Assembly (NCBI GenBank): GCA_963756225.1
Contig: CAVWMZ010000003.1
Location: 275,988 to 339,987 of the forward strand
Source of the DNA: Candidatus Staskawiczbacteria bacterium
GTDB taxonomy: Bacteria > Patescibacteriota > Minisyncoccia > Minisyncoccales > Staskawiczbacteraceae
Length of the DNA stretch: 64,000 nt
Reading direction: 5' to 3'
Shown: piece after piece, positions 46,499 through 56,478 of the stretch
Layout: each line of letters opens with the position of its first letter
Numbering within the stretch: position 1 is the stretch's first letter
Program-made: the position numbers and the translations under genes
Notes under the pieces: generated by a model
Databases searched by the model: none
Told to the model about the DNA's origin: nothing
The model's input: the letters and a program-made list of their open reading frames with translations, nothing else

Positions 46499-46527
46499 AA
46501 ATATACTTAATTGCGCCGACTTAAATT

Positions 46528-47358
46528 TTAACTCCGGTCTATTATTTTTTGTATTGCGGACGTAGTAATTTTAATTTTTTCTTGCCGCATATCTTGCTTA
46601 ATTTTATCAACAATATGGTTTGCGCCAACCCTCTTTTCGTATTGAGCGTATAATTCCAAGACTGTTTTTCTAATCTTACTTCTTTCGTCTCTTCTCGGTC
46701 TACCTATCAGAACTTTTTTGTCCAAAGACCCATATTCTTTTTTATCTCTTTTAGCCATTTCAGCAATTTTTGTTGAAGCCATATCCCCATCCAGTCTCAT
46801 AAATTTTTCGTATTTACCAGCTATAAAAGGGTGCGCTCTGTAGATAGTATACGGTCCGGGGTCGGCAGGGATTATCCGGTTAAAAAGTAAAAGTTCTTCC
46901 ATGGCAGAGTAATATGATTCTGATAGTCCAAATTTTACTAATATTTCGTAAACCACCTTTTTAATTTTTTCTTGTATTTTATAGTCGTGTTTTTCATCGT
47001 GCATAAAGCCAATCCATTTATTGAATTCAGAACTTCTCGCAAACAATTCGGTCGAACATAATTCATATTTTTTGGGGTCAGTTCCTTCTTTTACCCCATT
47101 TATAATTGATATATCTATTTCTTTGTCTATTTTGAATCCGGATAATAAGTTGGGCATCCCTATTATTTTTCTCCCCTCAACAATATCTTTTTGTTTTTTT
47201 GGATGTTTAATTATTTCTTGGTGCCTAAGACTATTTTTATGAAATTCTTTGAGTTCGGGCAACTCTATGGGATGTATTGTGGGACTATTAATTATCCCAT
47301 AAAAAATACTCATATCTCCCAGCTGATAAGATTCTTTTACAAATTCATATCCCGCCAA
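46528..47358 (-). CDS. Hypothetical protein
   Basis: 276-aa ORF. No family recognised. Confidence 0.4.
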   Translation of the reverse strand: MAGYEFVKESYQLGDMSIFYGIINSPTIHPIELPELKEFHKNSLRHQEIIKHPKKQKDIVEGRKIIGMPNLLSGFKIDKEIDISIINGVKEGTDPKKYELCSTELFARSSEFNKWIGFMHDEKHDYKIQEKIKKVVYEILVKFGLSESYYSAMEELLLFNRIIPADPGPYTIYRAHPFIAGKYEKFMRLDGDMASTKIAEMAKRDKKEYGSLDKKVLIGRPRRDERSKIRKTVLELYAQYEKRVGANHIVDKIKQDMRQEKIKITTSAIQKIIDRS

Positions 47359-47785
47359 ATATTCTGCTTAATATCAATATTTTTTTTCTTAAATATGGGG
47401 CTCTTTTTACACTCTATAATAAAATCTTCAGCATCCATTTTGTTTCAAATTTTGTGTTAATTATTTTTTTACTTAACTTAAACTTATTTATGCCTGCTTA
47501 CGTTTTCTACTTTATCCTGCTACTTTTTCGGCTAATTTTCAAGCTTCGGGGTGTTCATTTCCAAAAATTTGTTATATGATAAATCAACAATTTAATATGA
47601 GTTACGGCCTAAACCTTTGAAAGAAATTTCAGTGGCATGGTCATTTATCACATAGAGCTTAAAGATCCCATCATCAGGATCGCTCAATGCGTCATACGTG
47701 GAAACGCGTATGTGACCGCAAGGTCAAACTGGTGGTGGGCTTTTTGTTTATGCCACCAGAATCATAAAATTAACTTGTAAAATTT

Positions 47786-48385
47786 ATGAGTGAAATAATT
47801 TATGTTCTGATAAATGAAGCTATGCCCGGTTATGTAAAAATCGGCATGACCAATAACTCTGTTTTAGAGAGGCTTAAACAACTGGACAGGACTAATATCC
47901 CTATGCCTTTTGAGTGCTATTATGCCTGCGAAGTAGAGAATGCACACGAAGAAGAAAGGTGGCTGCATTCTATATTTTCAGATCGCAGAGTCCGCGATGA
48001 GCGCGAGTTTTTTAAGATTGATCCGGAGCGCGTCGTTGCTGCTGTTCGTAGGATCCAAAAAAAAGACGTCACACCTAAAGATTTTGTTAACGTTACAAAA
48101 GAAGAAGAAAGCGAGATTGAGGGCGCCAAAGAAAAAAGAGCGCGTTTTGATTTCGCTAATTACAAAATACCAGTCGGCTCAACCATTGTTTTTTCAAGAG
48201 ATAATTCTGTCACGGCCAAAGTTCTTGAAAATAACAAGATTGAACTTGATGGCAAGTTAACGAGCTTATCAGAATCCGCACAAAATTTGCTCGGCTACAA
48301 AAGGGGAATCGCTGGCATTTTGTATTGGATGTATGAAGACGAGACATCGGATGAGCGCCGCCAAAGGATGGACTTGGAAAAATAA
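47786..48385 (+). CDS. T5orf172/GIY-YIG-like nuclease-domain protein
   Basis: IIYVLINEAMPGYVKIGMTNNSVLERLKQLDRTNIPMPFECYYACEV…ERWLHSIFSDRRVRDEREFFKI fits the T5orf172 (MUG113-like) pattern. Confidence 0.6.
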   Translation: MSEIIYVLINEAMPGYVKIGMTNNSVLERLKQLDRTNIPMPFECYYACEVENAHEEERWLHSIFSDRRVRDEREFFKIDPERVVAAVRRIQKKDVTPKDFVNVTKEEESEIEGAKEKRARFDFANYKIPVGSTIVFSRDNSVTAKVLENNKIELDGKLTSLSESAQNLLGYKRGIAGILYWMYEDETSDERRQRMDLEK

Positions 48386-48462
48386 CTTTACTTTTTTTCC
48401 GAACCAAGCTAAAGGATTACAAAGTCGAGAATAATCGAATACTTATTAATTTTTTTTAATTT

Positions 48463-48684
48463 ATGTTAAGTATAATATTTTTAATCATCCACGGCACTTT
48501 ATTCGTAGGGGCGGTTATCGGAGGGATAAAGCCAGAAATGATGAAGAACAAGAAAGGCATAGTCCCCAAAAAATCGCAAATCATAATAAGTTCCTCGGTC
48601 TTAATGGTAATATTCCTTGTTTTGGCAATCGTGTTTGTACCCCACAGGAGAATAATTGAGCGCAGCAGTCACGAGCCAGTATGA
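48463..48684 (+). CDS. Small membrane protein
   Basis: 73 aa with two hydrophobic helices. Confidence 0.35.
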   Translation: MLSIIFLIIHGTLFVGAVIGGIKPEMMKNKKGIVPKKSQIIISSSVLMVIFLVLAIVFVPHRRIIERSSHEPV

Positions 48685-49001
48685 GTCTTACTGTGGGTCA
48701 GGTTACTTCAATGCAGGCGTTTCCTGACAGCCCTGATGCAAAAGTTGGTTGGTTGTTTTCTATCCAAAACCAAAACACTTTTGACTGGCAAGATTGCGAC
48801 TTGAAATTGAACGATACCTATACCGCGCACTTGAATGAAATACCCGCCCCGAAAGCTAAAAATGCCTATGTCTATATTTATGAGAATAATTTTTACAAAA
48901 CTGATGGAACGCGCTTCAATCCTGTCGCGCAGAAGCCACTTAAAATAATGGTCTGCTGCAATAAACCGACCGTAGACTGTTACGAAGGGGGTTGGCAATA
49001 A
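48681..49001 (+). CDS. Hypothetical protein
   Basis: 106-aa ORF whose start overlaps the previous stop. Confidence 0.35.
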   Translation: MSLTVGQVTSMQAFPDSPDAKVGWLFSIQNQNTFDWQDCDLKLNDTYTAHLNEIPAPKAKNAYVYIYENNFYKTDGTRFNPVAQKPLKIMVCCNKPTVDCYEGGWQ

Positions 49002-49004
49002 ATT

Positions 49005-49678
49005 ATGACTAATATGAAAAAGTTAATTTTAACAGTCGCTATTTTTGCGACAGCAGTTATCGCTCTACAGGCTTTCGCTACTTATGGAGTACAAACTAAA
49101 ACGAGTGGTTGCTCTGCTAATCAAATTCTCCCGGACTCTGCTTGCACGCCAGGGGCGGTTTTAACAACCAGACAACCATTGTTTGCAAAAGTCGGATATA
49201 CAAAAACCGTTAGAGATGTTTCCGAGGCTACAAAGAAAAAAGTGTTTGCCGAATATGGCATACCATACAGGGAGCACAGCAATTATGAGGTTGACCATTT
49301 AATTTCATTGGAAATCGGCGGCGGTAATGATATATCAAACCTTTCCGGAGAACTCAAAAATCACAGACGGCTCTTTGACGAAAGATAAGTTTGAGAATTA
49401 TCTGCATGCGCAAGTCTGCACAGGCAAGATGACCATTCAAGAAGCTCAAAAAGAAATCTCGGCTGATTGGCTGAGCTATTATCAGTTAGACACAAACACT
49501 AAAACAAAAACCATTACTTACTGCAACGGCTTCCGTGCTGACACAACCGTCGCCAACCCAGAGTGCTGGTTTAGTTCCCAAAGGAGCTACTGGAAAATGC
49601 AATGATGGAACTTACACTTTTGCGATAAACCACAAGGGAGCATGCTCAAAGCATGGCGGCGTAGCAAGGTGGTACTAA
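49005..49678 (+). pseudogene. Secreted HNH-type nuclease-like protein with a C-terminal DUF3761-like module, two frameshifts
   Basis: Signal peptide, then …YEVDHLISLEIGGGNDISNL / (shift) FPENSKITDGSLTKDKFENYLHAQVCTGKMTIQEAQKEISADW / (shift) …GKCNDGTYTFAINHKGACSKHGGVARWY, with a stop at 49676-49678. Confidence 0.6.
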
Positions 49679-49777
49679 CTCCTTAATTCCTCCTCAGATA
49701 GGCCCCCAGACGAGCAAATGTCTATCTTTTGATTAAGGATCGCACAAAGCTTACCGAAACAATCGCTAAGGTGCATC

Positions 49778-49806
49778 AAAAAAGCCCGATACTCCGGGCT
49801 CTTTTG
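49778..49806. terminator. Bidirectional terminator
   Basis: AGCCCG-atactc-CGGGCT flanked by an A-run and a T-run. Confidence 0.55.
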
Positions 49807-50064
49807 ATTATGAAATTATTTTTTCCTATTTTTTACCATACTCGTTCGCCTTTGTTAGATCAACAAACAATCAATAAAACTATCGACGAATTGTATTTTT
49901 CAATGTATTTTTTTGTCTCATCTGATAAATCGGGCAGTTCCTTTCAATTCTAATTTTTTTCGGCTGAAAAATAAGAATTTCTTATTATTAGATATTACAT
50001 ATTTTCTTAGAAAAAGCAACTCCTAAGTAAAAACTCTGCCTAAAATTATCACTTTATTGGATTC

Positions 50065-52455
50065 TTATTTAAACAGGTTTTCAAACATTTTCCAGTTTTT
50101 ATCCTCGTTTATTTTGCCTTTTTGGTATAAGTAATTTTCTGAATCGTTGTAATAGCAAACCCCATTGTCAAATACTACTATACCGCCGATAAATTTCTTA
50201 CCCAGTTTTTTAATCTTCAAGGCTAAAAATTTGGCTTTGTCTATGGTTTCCTGTGTAATAGCAGTTTCGCCGTCTTTTGTATCAAAAATACCTATCTTGC
50301 CGTTCTTAAAACGGATGATCCAGTCTGGATAAAATAATTCTTCCTTGTTATCCGTATTGTTAAAATACTTTATCGCAAAATACTCTTTGCCTTGATTGCC
50401 ATTTTTAAACCACCAGTCAATATGTTTGTTTTTCCCATCAATATAATTTACAAATTTCAATTCATTCTCTCTGCCCCGATAGTCTTTTAAAACATATAAT
50501 TTATCCAATACACAAAGTTTTTGCGGAACTTCTGCATAATCATCGGTAAAATCATACCTTTCTTCAATTTTAAAAATGGGAGTTTCCTTTTCCTCCTGCT
50601 GTTTCTTTTTCTCTTTTAATATCTCTTGTGCTATGGGCTTAAAATCACTTAAAGCTTTTGTTATTGCTGGTCTAAATTTACTGCTTAATCCTTTCTCAAT
50701 ATCCTTAACAAAAACACGATAATAATAATCGCTGTCATCTCCCAAAACCGACTTAAACCAAATTCTGATAGCTGATTTTAAAACTCCCCAAGATCGGGCT
50801 ATGTTTGTATATTTTGCCTTTTCGTCTGTCTGCTCTTTCAAAAGCTGATAACAAAAATAATTAAAAGTTTTTTCAACATCGTTGGTAGACATTTCTAAAT
50901 CTAAATCAATACCATTCTTTTTAAAATCAAAAGCAAGCTGATCAAAGTCCTCAAATTCGGCATTGGCAATAACAGATTTGGTTAATTTTTCAGACAAATC
51001 AATTCCTGATTTTTCTAACTTCTTTTTCGCTTTGCCTAAAATATCATCTTTTGTTATACCAAAATATTTATTCATTGATTTTGCAAAACTGGTTTGAAAC
51101 TGAAAAGACGCTGGGATGTCGCCGTAATCAATACGAGATATAAAAGCAGATTCTAACTCAACATTTTCAATGCCCTCCTTTCTGTATGCGTGTAAATCAT
51201 ACGGCTTATTACTGCCCGACTGGTCTGGGATTCTTACTTGATTTCTTTGGTAGTTAGTAAATAAATATCCAATTCTTAAATTAGGATTATTTTTATAATC
51301 TTCTTTCAGTTGTGGCTCTGGCATTCTTAAAATTCTGCCAACCGTTTGCGTGTAAAACTTATCAGATTTTATCTCTCTAAACATAACTAAAACGCAAGCA
51401 CGGGGACAATCCCAGCCAGTCCCAGCCGTTTGCTTAAACAGTAAAAAATCAATATCATTATCGTTCTCCTTAACATAATCGCCATAATTCTCTCTTCTGC
51501 CATCAAACCATTTAGCTATTTGCGGATTTTTTATACCTTGCTCGGCTAAATATCTGCAAACCACCTCTTCTTTTGTTTTGTCGCCAGTAGCCATCAGCTC
51601 CCTGTCGTCGTTTGGCAATTGGATCATCATCAATGGGTTTATGTCTTTTCCCAATGATTTTAATTCTTTTTTTATTTCTTCTCGTTTTTCCATTCCCAAC
51701 TGTAAAAGCACCTTATCTAAATCCTTATCCTTAAACTTTTTTAAATCTTCTTCCGTCTGCACTGATATTTTATCCTTAATAAGCCCCTGCTCAACAACTG
51801 GCTCTCTGGCAACTTCAATCCAGCTATTAGTTCTACGAGCCTCCAATTCATCTTCTTCGGACGGGGTCGCCGTAATATGAATAATGATTTTAGGATCAAT
51901 TCTGTTGATTATATCTTGTGCCAATTCGGTTTCCCTGTGCGTGTGCGATTCGTCTATCACTAAAATAATTTCTCGCTTATCTTTTTTTGTTTCTTCAATA
52001 AAATCCTCAAAATAACTCCCGCTTTCTTTACGCATTGTTTTATCATCAGGTCTTCTTAATACCCTTGTTTCAGCAGATTTTGAAACAACCTTTTGCCAAT
52101 TTAAAAATAAAATATCGTTTTCATAAAGCTTGCCCCTGTTTATGTCATTCACAGTTAAAAGACTATTTTCTAAATTATTTTCAAAATATTCCTTAAACTT
52201 ATCTTTGCTTTGCATCGCTAAATCATCGCTAAAAGTAATCCAAATAAACGCCTTGTCTATTTTCCACTGTGGCAAATGATTAAGCCCACGAATAAAATGA
52301 GCGATGGTTAAAGTTTTACCGCTCCCAGTTGGCGACTTAAAGACAAGCGGGAGTTGCCTTTCTGTTTTTTTCCAAAGCATTAAAAAAGCTTCGCTTAAAT
52401 CGTCAACTGCTTTCTTTTGAAATTTTAATAGATTAAAAGAGGGCATATTAGGCAA
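50065..52455 (-). CDS. res: Type III restriction enzyme Res subunit (helicase plus PD-(D/E)xK-like C-terminus)
   Basis: Helicase motif I is SPTGSGKT and motif II is VIDESH. The C-terminal …YPDWIIRFKNGKIGIFDTKDG… resembles a nuclease core. It overlaps the upstream mod gene by 8 nt. Confidence 0.75.
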   Translation of the reverse strand: MPNMPSFNLLKFQKKAVDDLSEAFLMLWKKTERQLPLVFKSPTGSGKTLTIAHFIRGLNHLPQWKIDKAFIWITFSDDLAMQSKDKFKEYFENNLENSLLTVNDINRGKLYENDILFLNWQKVVSKSAETRVLRRPDDKTMRKESGSYFEDFIEETKKDKREIILVIDESHTHRETELAQDIINRIDPKIIIHITATPSEEDELEARRTNSWIEVAREPVVEQGLIKDKISVQTEEDLKKFKDKDLDKVLLQLGMEKREEIKKELKSLGKDINPLMMIQLPNDDRELMATGDKTKEEVVCRYLAEQGIKNPQIAKWFDGRRENYGDYVKENDNDIDFLLFKQTAGTGWDCPRACVLVMFREIKSDKFYTQTVGRILRMPEPQLKEDYKNNPNLRIGYLFTNYQRNQVRIPDQSGSNKPYDLHAYRKEGIENVELESAFISRIDYGDIPASFQFQTSFAKSMNKYFGITKDDILGKAKKKLEKSGIDLSEKLTKSVIANAEFEDFDQLAFDFKKNGIDLDLEMSTNDVEKTFNYFCYQLLKEQTDEKAKYTNIARSWGVLKSAIRIWFKSVLGDDSDYYYRVFVKDIEKGLSSKFRPAITKALSDFKPIAQEILKEKKKQQEEKETPIFKIEERYDFTDDYAEVPQKLCVLDKLYVLKDYRGRENELKFVNYIDGKNKHIDWWFKNGNQGKEYFAIKYFNNTDNKEELFYPDWIIRFKNGKIGIFDTKDGETAITQETIDKAKFLALKIKKLGKKFIGGIVVFDNGVCYYNDSENYLYQKGKINEDKNWKMFENLFK

Positions 52456-54175
52456 GATTATATATTTGTTTGTATATTTCTAAAATCGGCTGTGGTATTG
52501 TTTTTACGGTTATATTTTTATCATCTTCAAATCCATTGAAATCAAGCTCTTTTTCCCAGCTAAAAATATATGCTACCAGTGGTTTTTTCAACAACCTTAC
52601 CTTCTCTTCAAAATTATCAAATTTATCAAATTCCTCCCTAAAATATACTGCCGTATATTGCTTTTCATTTTCAAATAATTGGTAATAACTATTTTCTTCT
52701 ACTTTTTCAAGCGTGTTTTCTGCGATAGCAAGCATAGCTCCCGCATTATGAGCAAGCTCTATTTTATCTCTATCATCTGCGTCCAAAATATTATTTTTAC
52801 CAACAAAAGCAGTTTTATAATATTTTATTGAATTACCTAATCCCTTTGTGTTGTTATATCCCTTAATAACTTTTTTTATTCTCGGATAACAAACATCATC
52901 CATTATTTTATGTTTTTTCCCGTTAGTAATTTCATCATTTGTTGTTATTAAAATAAATTGACGACTTCCCTCGTCTTCCTCATTTAAATCCATAACTGCG
53001 TGTCCCGTTGTGCCACTCCCAGCAAAAAAATCTAAAACAATAGCATTTTTTGGGACAGTGGCTCTTATTATTTCTTTTACTAATTTTGTTGGCTTCGGAG
53101 TATCAAAAGGCACTTCGGTTTCACTTACTTCAAAAATTTCCGCCAACTCTTTCTTTGCTGAATTAAGCGAACCTACACCCTCTAAAATGGTTTCAAAATA
53201 AAAATCTTTTTCTTCATTTTCAAAAATTTTTAACGCTGGCACGCCATCACCTCCTTTTGGAAAATAAATTCTGTTATCTTTCAAAAGTTTTTCAAATTCG
53301 TTTTTTAGAACGAAAAAATGTCTTGTAATTTTTCTTCCAGATGGAATTTCAATGGTATAATAGTAATCTGAATTTTTATCTTCTTGTTTGTGTCCCTCTT
53401 GAAAAGAAATAATGCCCTGTTTATACGCACCTCTCGGGTCGTTATCTGGGTTTGTATATTTATTTAACCAATTAGGTAATTTTTTAATTTTTTCAAAAAT
53501 AGTTTCTTCTTTGTTTTTATAAACTACTAAAATAAACTCGTGTATTCTTTTAGTCCTTTTTGTAATTTTGGCATTTGCATTTCTGTCATATTTTGGGTCA
53601 ATCTTTTTCCAAACAACAATATCAACATTTTTTTCATTAAATATCTCATCACATAATAATTTTAATTGAGCCACCTCGTTGTCATCAATATCAATAAACA
53701 TTACCCCGTTTTTACTTAACAAAGATTCTGTAAGCTGTAATCGCTTTTTCATAAACGAAAGCCAATAACTATGTCGCAGTGGATGGTCAACTGGCACTTC
53801 TGTCCCATCGGGGTATTTATCTAAAATTCTCTTGTCTTTATATTTAAAATGGTCTGAACCAGTATTATACGGCGGGTCAAGGTATATGGCGTCTATTTTG
53901 CCCTTATGCGTGTAATTTAAACAGGTTAGAGCGTGATAATTGTCGCCCTCAATTAAAATATGAGTTGGCTTGTCATCTTTGCTTTTTATGGCTAATTTCT
54001 GCACTTCTTCCAAAATTGGGAGTTTATTTTCTACATCATCCTCAAAACCCTCTGGCACATCCAGCCAAAGCAAGCCAAAATGGTCTTTTGCATATTTTGT
54101 TAATTCCCTTTTTAACTTCTCGTTTTCTTTTTCCAGTTTAAATATTTTATTATCTTTTGGATCTGTATGGGACAT
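52448..54175 (-). CDS. mod: Type III (beta-class) DNA methyltransferase Mod subunit
   Basis: IDAIYLDPPYNTGSD (motif IV) lies N-terminal and LDFFAGSGTTGHAV (motif I) lies C-terminal. Confidence 0.8.
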   Translation of the reverse strand: MSHTDPKDNKIFKLEKENEKLKRELTKYAKDHFGLLWLDVPEGFEDDVENKLPILEEVQKLAIKSKDDKPTHILIEGDNYHALTCLNYTHKGKIDAIYLDPPYNTGSDHFKYKDKRILDKYPDGTEVPVDHPLRHSYWLSFMKKRLQLTESLLSKNGVMFIDIDDNEVAQLKLLCDEIFNEKNVDIVVWKKIDPKYDRNANAKITKRTKRIHEFILVVYKNKEETIFEKIKKLPNWLNKYTNPDNDPRGAYKQGIISFQEGHKQEDKNSDYYYTIEIPSGRKITRHFFVLKNEFEKLLKDNRIYFPKGGDGVPALKIFENEEKDFYFETILEGVGSLNSAKKELAEIFEVSETEVPFDTPKPTKLVKEIIRATVPKNAIVLDFFAGSGTTGHAVMDLNEEDEGSRQFILITTNDEITNGKKHKIMDDVCYPRIKKVIKGYNNTKGLGNSIKYYKTAFVGKNNILDADDRDKIELAHNAGAMLAIAENTLEKVEENSYYQLFENEKQYTAVYFREEFDKFDNFEEKVRLLKKPLVAYIFSWEKELDFNGFEDDKNITVKTIPQPILEIYKQIYNLA

Positions 54176-54214
54176 ATTTTTTAATTTTTGCCGTTTTTAT
54201 TTATGATAGTAATA

Positions 54215-54927
54215 TTACGGTATTTCCTTGAAATTAATCAATTCTTTTATCAACCCTTCGTTTTTAAGATAACCCCTGAAATCAACGTATGTAGAATTAT
54301 GAATGAAGCTGTTGGGAGTAATAAACCCAAGTTTACCGCTATCTTTTTTTAAGGAATTAATGCCGATTTCAAAAAATACAAGGAATAAATCTATGATCCC
54401 ATTCCTGCAGAAAACATATCTGTTTTTTATGTCTGAAATTTTGCTTTTGTCTATGTTATGAATTCTAACATATGGAGGATTACCAACAACGTAATCGAAA
54501 CTCGGTAATTTTTTCTCCCAGAAATTCAGTATGTCGTCATTAAAAATTTTCCACTTAACGTCTGTTATCCCATATTTATTTGATAACTGATTAAGGCGGT
54601 TGATGCATTGCTTAAAAACACATTCGTCTATCTCGATTCCGTAAATATATTTTTCCAGTCCACTTTTTATTTCCTTTTTGCTAAGCCCATGTTTTAAGCC
54701 AGAACCAATATATCTATTGATAATCTGATACAAGAAATTACCATCACCACACCCCGGTTCAAAAACATATTTTTTTAGTATTGATTCTCCGTTATATTCT
54801 AAGCGATTCAAAATAACTCCAACAATCCAGTCTGGCGTGAATACCTGTCCCAGCTTCTTTTTTTATCAATCGCACTGCAGTATGGTATGGACAATTCAGA
54901 TTTATATTTTTCTTGTAATATCGCCAT
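54215..54927 (-). pseudogene. Remnant of an Eco57I/TaqI-like N6-adenine methyltransferase: frameshift in a homopolymer and a missing C-terminal region
   Basis: From ATG 54927 the frame reads MAILQEKYKSELSIPYCSAIDKK, then shifts in the A7 run (T7 on the plus strand, 54858-54864) to KKLGQVFTPDWIVGVILNRL…FEPGCGDGNFL…VVGNPPYVRI…. The ORF stops after about 240 aa, with no target-recognition region. Confidence 0.65.
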
Positions 54928-55015
54928 TTGAAATGAATTATTTATTACCTTATTTTGTCCTTTTTACGACAAAAATGCAACCTTACAAATTTATTATCAT
55001 TTGGTATAATCAATT

Positions 55016-55065
55016 TGGGGCTGGAAGTTGCAGTAGTTAAGCACAACTTAATAAACATCCAGCCC
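55016..55065 (+). ncRNA. Candidate structured RNA / leader hairpin, copy 1
   Basis: A TGGTATAAT extended -10 lies at 55001-55009. It is followed by GGGGCTGGA-AGTTGcagtagttaagcaCAACTT-aataaaca-TCCAGCCCC, a nested hairpin. The 22-nt core GGGCTGGAAGTTGCAGTAGTTA is identical to that at 62701-62722. Confidence 0.35.
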
Positions 55066-55143
55066 CGCCTATTTTTATTGACTTTTAATTAATATTATAG
55101 TATAATATTAATAAGTTTTATTTAACAAAAATTAGAAAAAATT

Positions 55144-56031
55144 ATGGCTAGAAAAAATAAGAAGATTGGTTTCATAGGCCAAGGATGGATCGGTAAAAAT
55201 TATGCTGATGATTTTGAAAAAAGAGGATATAACGTAGTTCGCTATTCTCTTGAGCAAAAATATATAAGAAATGCTAGTAAGATAAAAGACTGTGATATCG
55301 TTTTTATTGCTGTCCCAACTCCCACGGTTGGAAATGTTTTTGACGATAGCCTTGTGAGGTCATCAATAAAAAAAGTTGGCAAAGGGAAAGTTGCTGTAAT
55401 AAAATCAACTATTTTGCCCGGGACAACAGAATCTATCCAGAAGGAAAATAACGGTGTCTATGTTATGCATTCACCAGAGTTTTTGCGTTCAGCTAGTGCG
55501 GCATATGACTCAGCTAATCCAGAAAGGAATATTATAGGTATTCCAGTAGATAATGGAGAATATAGGAAGCTTGCAAATGATGTACTTAAGACGTTGCCTA
55601 AGGCTAAATTTGAAACTGTATGTAATTCTAAAGAAGCGGAGATTATCAAATATGCAGGCAATGCTTTTCTCTATCTGAAGGTTGTGTATATCAACTTGCT
55701 TTTTGATTTAGCGACAAAAAATGGCTGTGACTGGAATATTGTAAAACAATCATTCGGAGCCGACTCAAGAATAGGTAACAGTCACCTTGACCCTATTTCT
55801 TCTAGTGGTAGGGGCGCTGGAGGGCATTGTTTTATTAAGGATTTTGCTGCATTAGAAAAATTTTACAAAAACAGCATAGGAGATGAATCTGGGTTAAGAT
55901 TTTTAGAAAGCATATCAATAAAAAATATAGAATTATTAATAAAGAGTGGGAAAGATATAGACTTATTGGAAAATGTATATGGCAAAGATGTTATTAAAAA
56001 GATGCGAGGCCGAATCAGTAAGGATAATTAA
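55144..56031 (+). CDS. UDP-glucose/GDP-mannose dehydrogenase family protein (short)
   Basis: IGFIGQGWIGKNYA is the NAD-binding motif, followed by …IKSTILPGTT… and …HSPEFLRSASAAYDSANPERNIIG…. Confidence 0.65.
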   Translation: MARKNKKIGFIGQGWIGKNYADDFEKRGYNVVRYSLEQKYIRNASKIKDCDIVFIAVPTPTVGNVFDDSLVRSSIKKVGKGKVAVIKSTILPGTTESIQKENNGVYVMHSPEFLRSASAAYDSANPERNIIGIPVDNGEYRKLANDVLKTLPKAKFETVCNSKEAEIIKYAGNAFLYLKVVYINLLFDLATKNGCDWNIVKQSFGADSRIGNSHLDPISSSGRGAGGHCFIKDFAALEKFYKNSIGDESGLRFLESISIKNIELLIKSGKDIDLLENVYGKDVIKKMRGRISKDN

Positions 56032-56037
56032 TTTTTA

Positions 56038-56473
56038 TTGTTGATGACTATAAGCTATAAATTACCACATCAAATTATAAAATTCTTGATAATAGGTGTC
56101 TTAAACACCGCGATTGATTTTGCTATATTAAATGGGCTTGTTTTTGTATTCACACCCGGGCAAGAACACGTTGTTGTATATTTCATTCAAAGCAATTTCT
56201 TTTTTAGTTGCCGTAATAAATAGTTACTATTTTAATAAATATTGGGTATTCCATTCACAGACTAATTCTAAATCAAAGTTCAGTTATTTTTTTATCGTAA
56301 GCTTAGTTGGATTCTTTCTAAACGTGGCTGTTGCCTCAATAATATACAATATCCTTGTTAGTACATATCCGACCCACATTCAAATCATAGCTAACATAGG
56401 AGCATCAATGGGTACGTTTATCGTTCTAATTTGGAATTTCGTTGGGTATAAATTTTTAGTTTTTAAAACCTAA
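56038..56473 (+). CDS. GtrA-like membrane protein, apparent frameshift near 56155-56165
   Basis: …IKFLIIGVLNTAIDFAILNGLVFVFTPG / KNTLLYISFKAISFLVAVINSYYFNKYWVF… is the GtrA family pattern across two frames. Confidence 0.55.
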
Positions 56474-56478
56474 ATAAT

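Noticed and set aside
47461-47785. The 325-bp gap between divergent element genes, with a short ORF (MVIYHIELKDP…) reminiscent of a GIY-YIG start.
   Set aside because: The similarity is limited to a few residues and the frame closes quickly. There is insufficient evidence for a gene or relic.
54837-55040. The 67-aa plus-strand ORF from the track.
   Set aside because: It overlaps the 5' end of the minus-strand methylase remnant and the promoter/hairpin module. It has no ribosome-binding site or recognisable domain.
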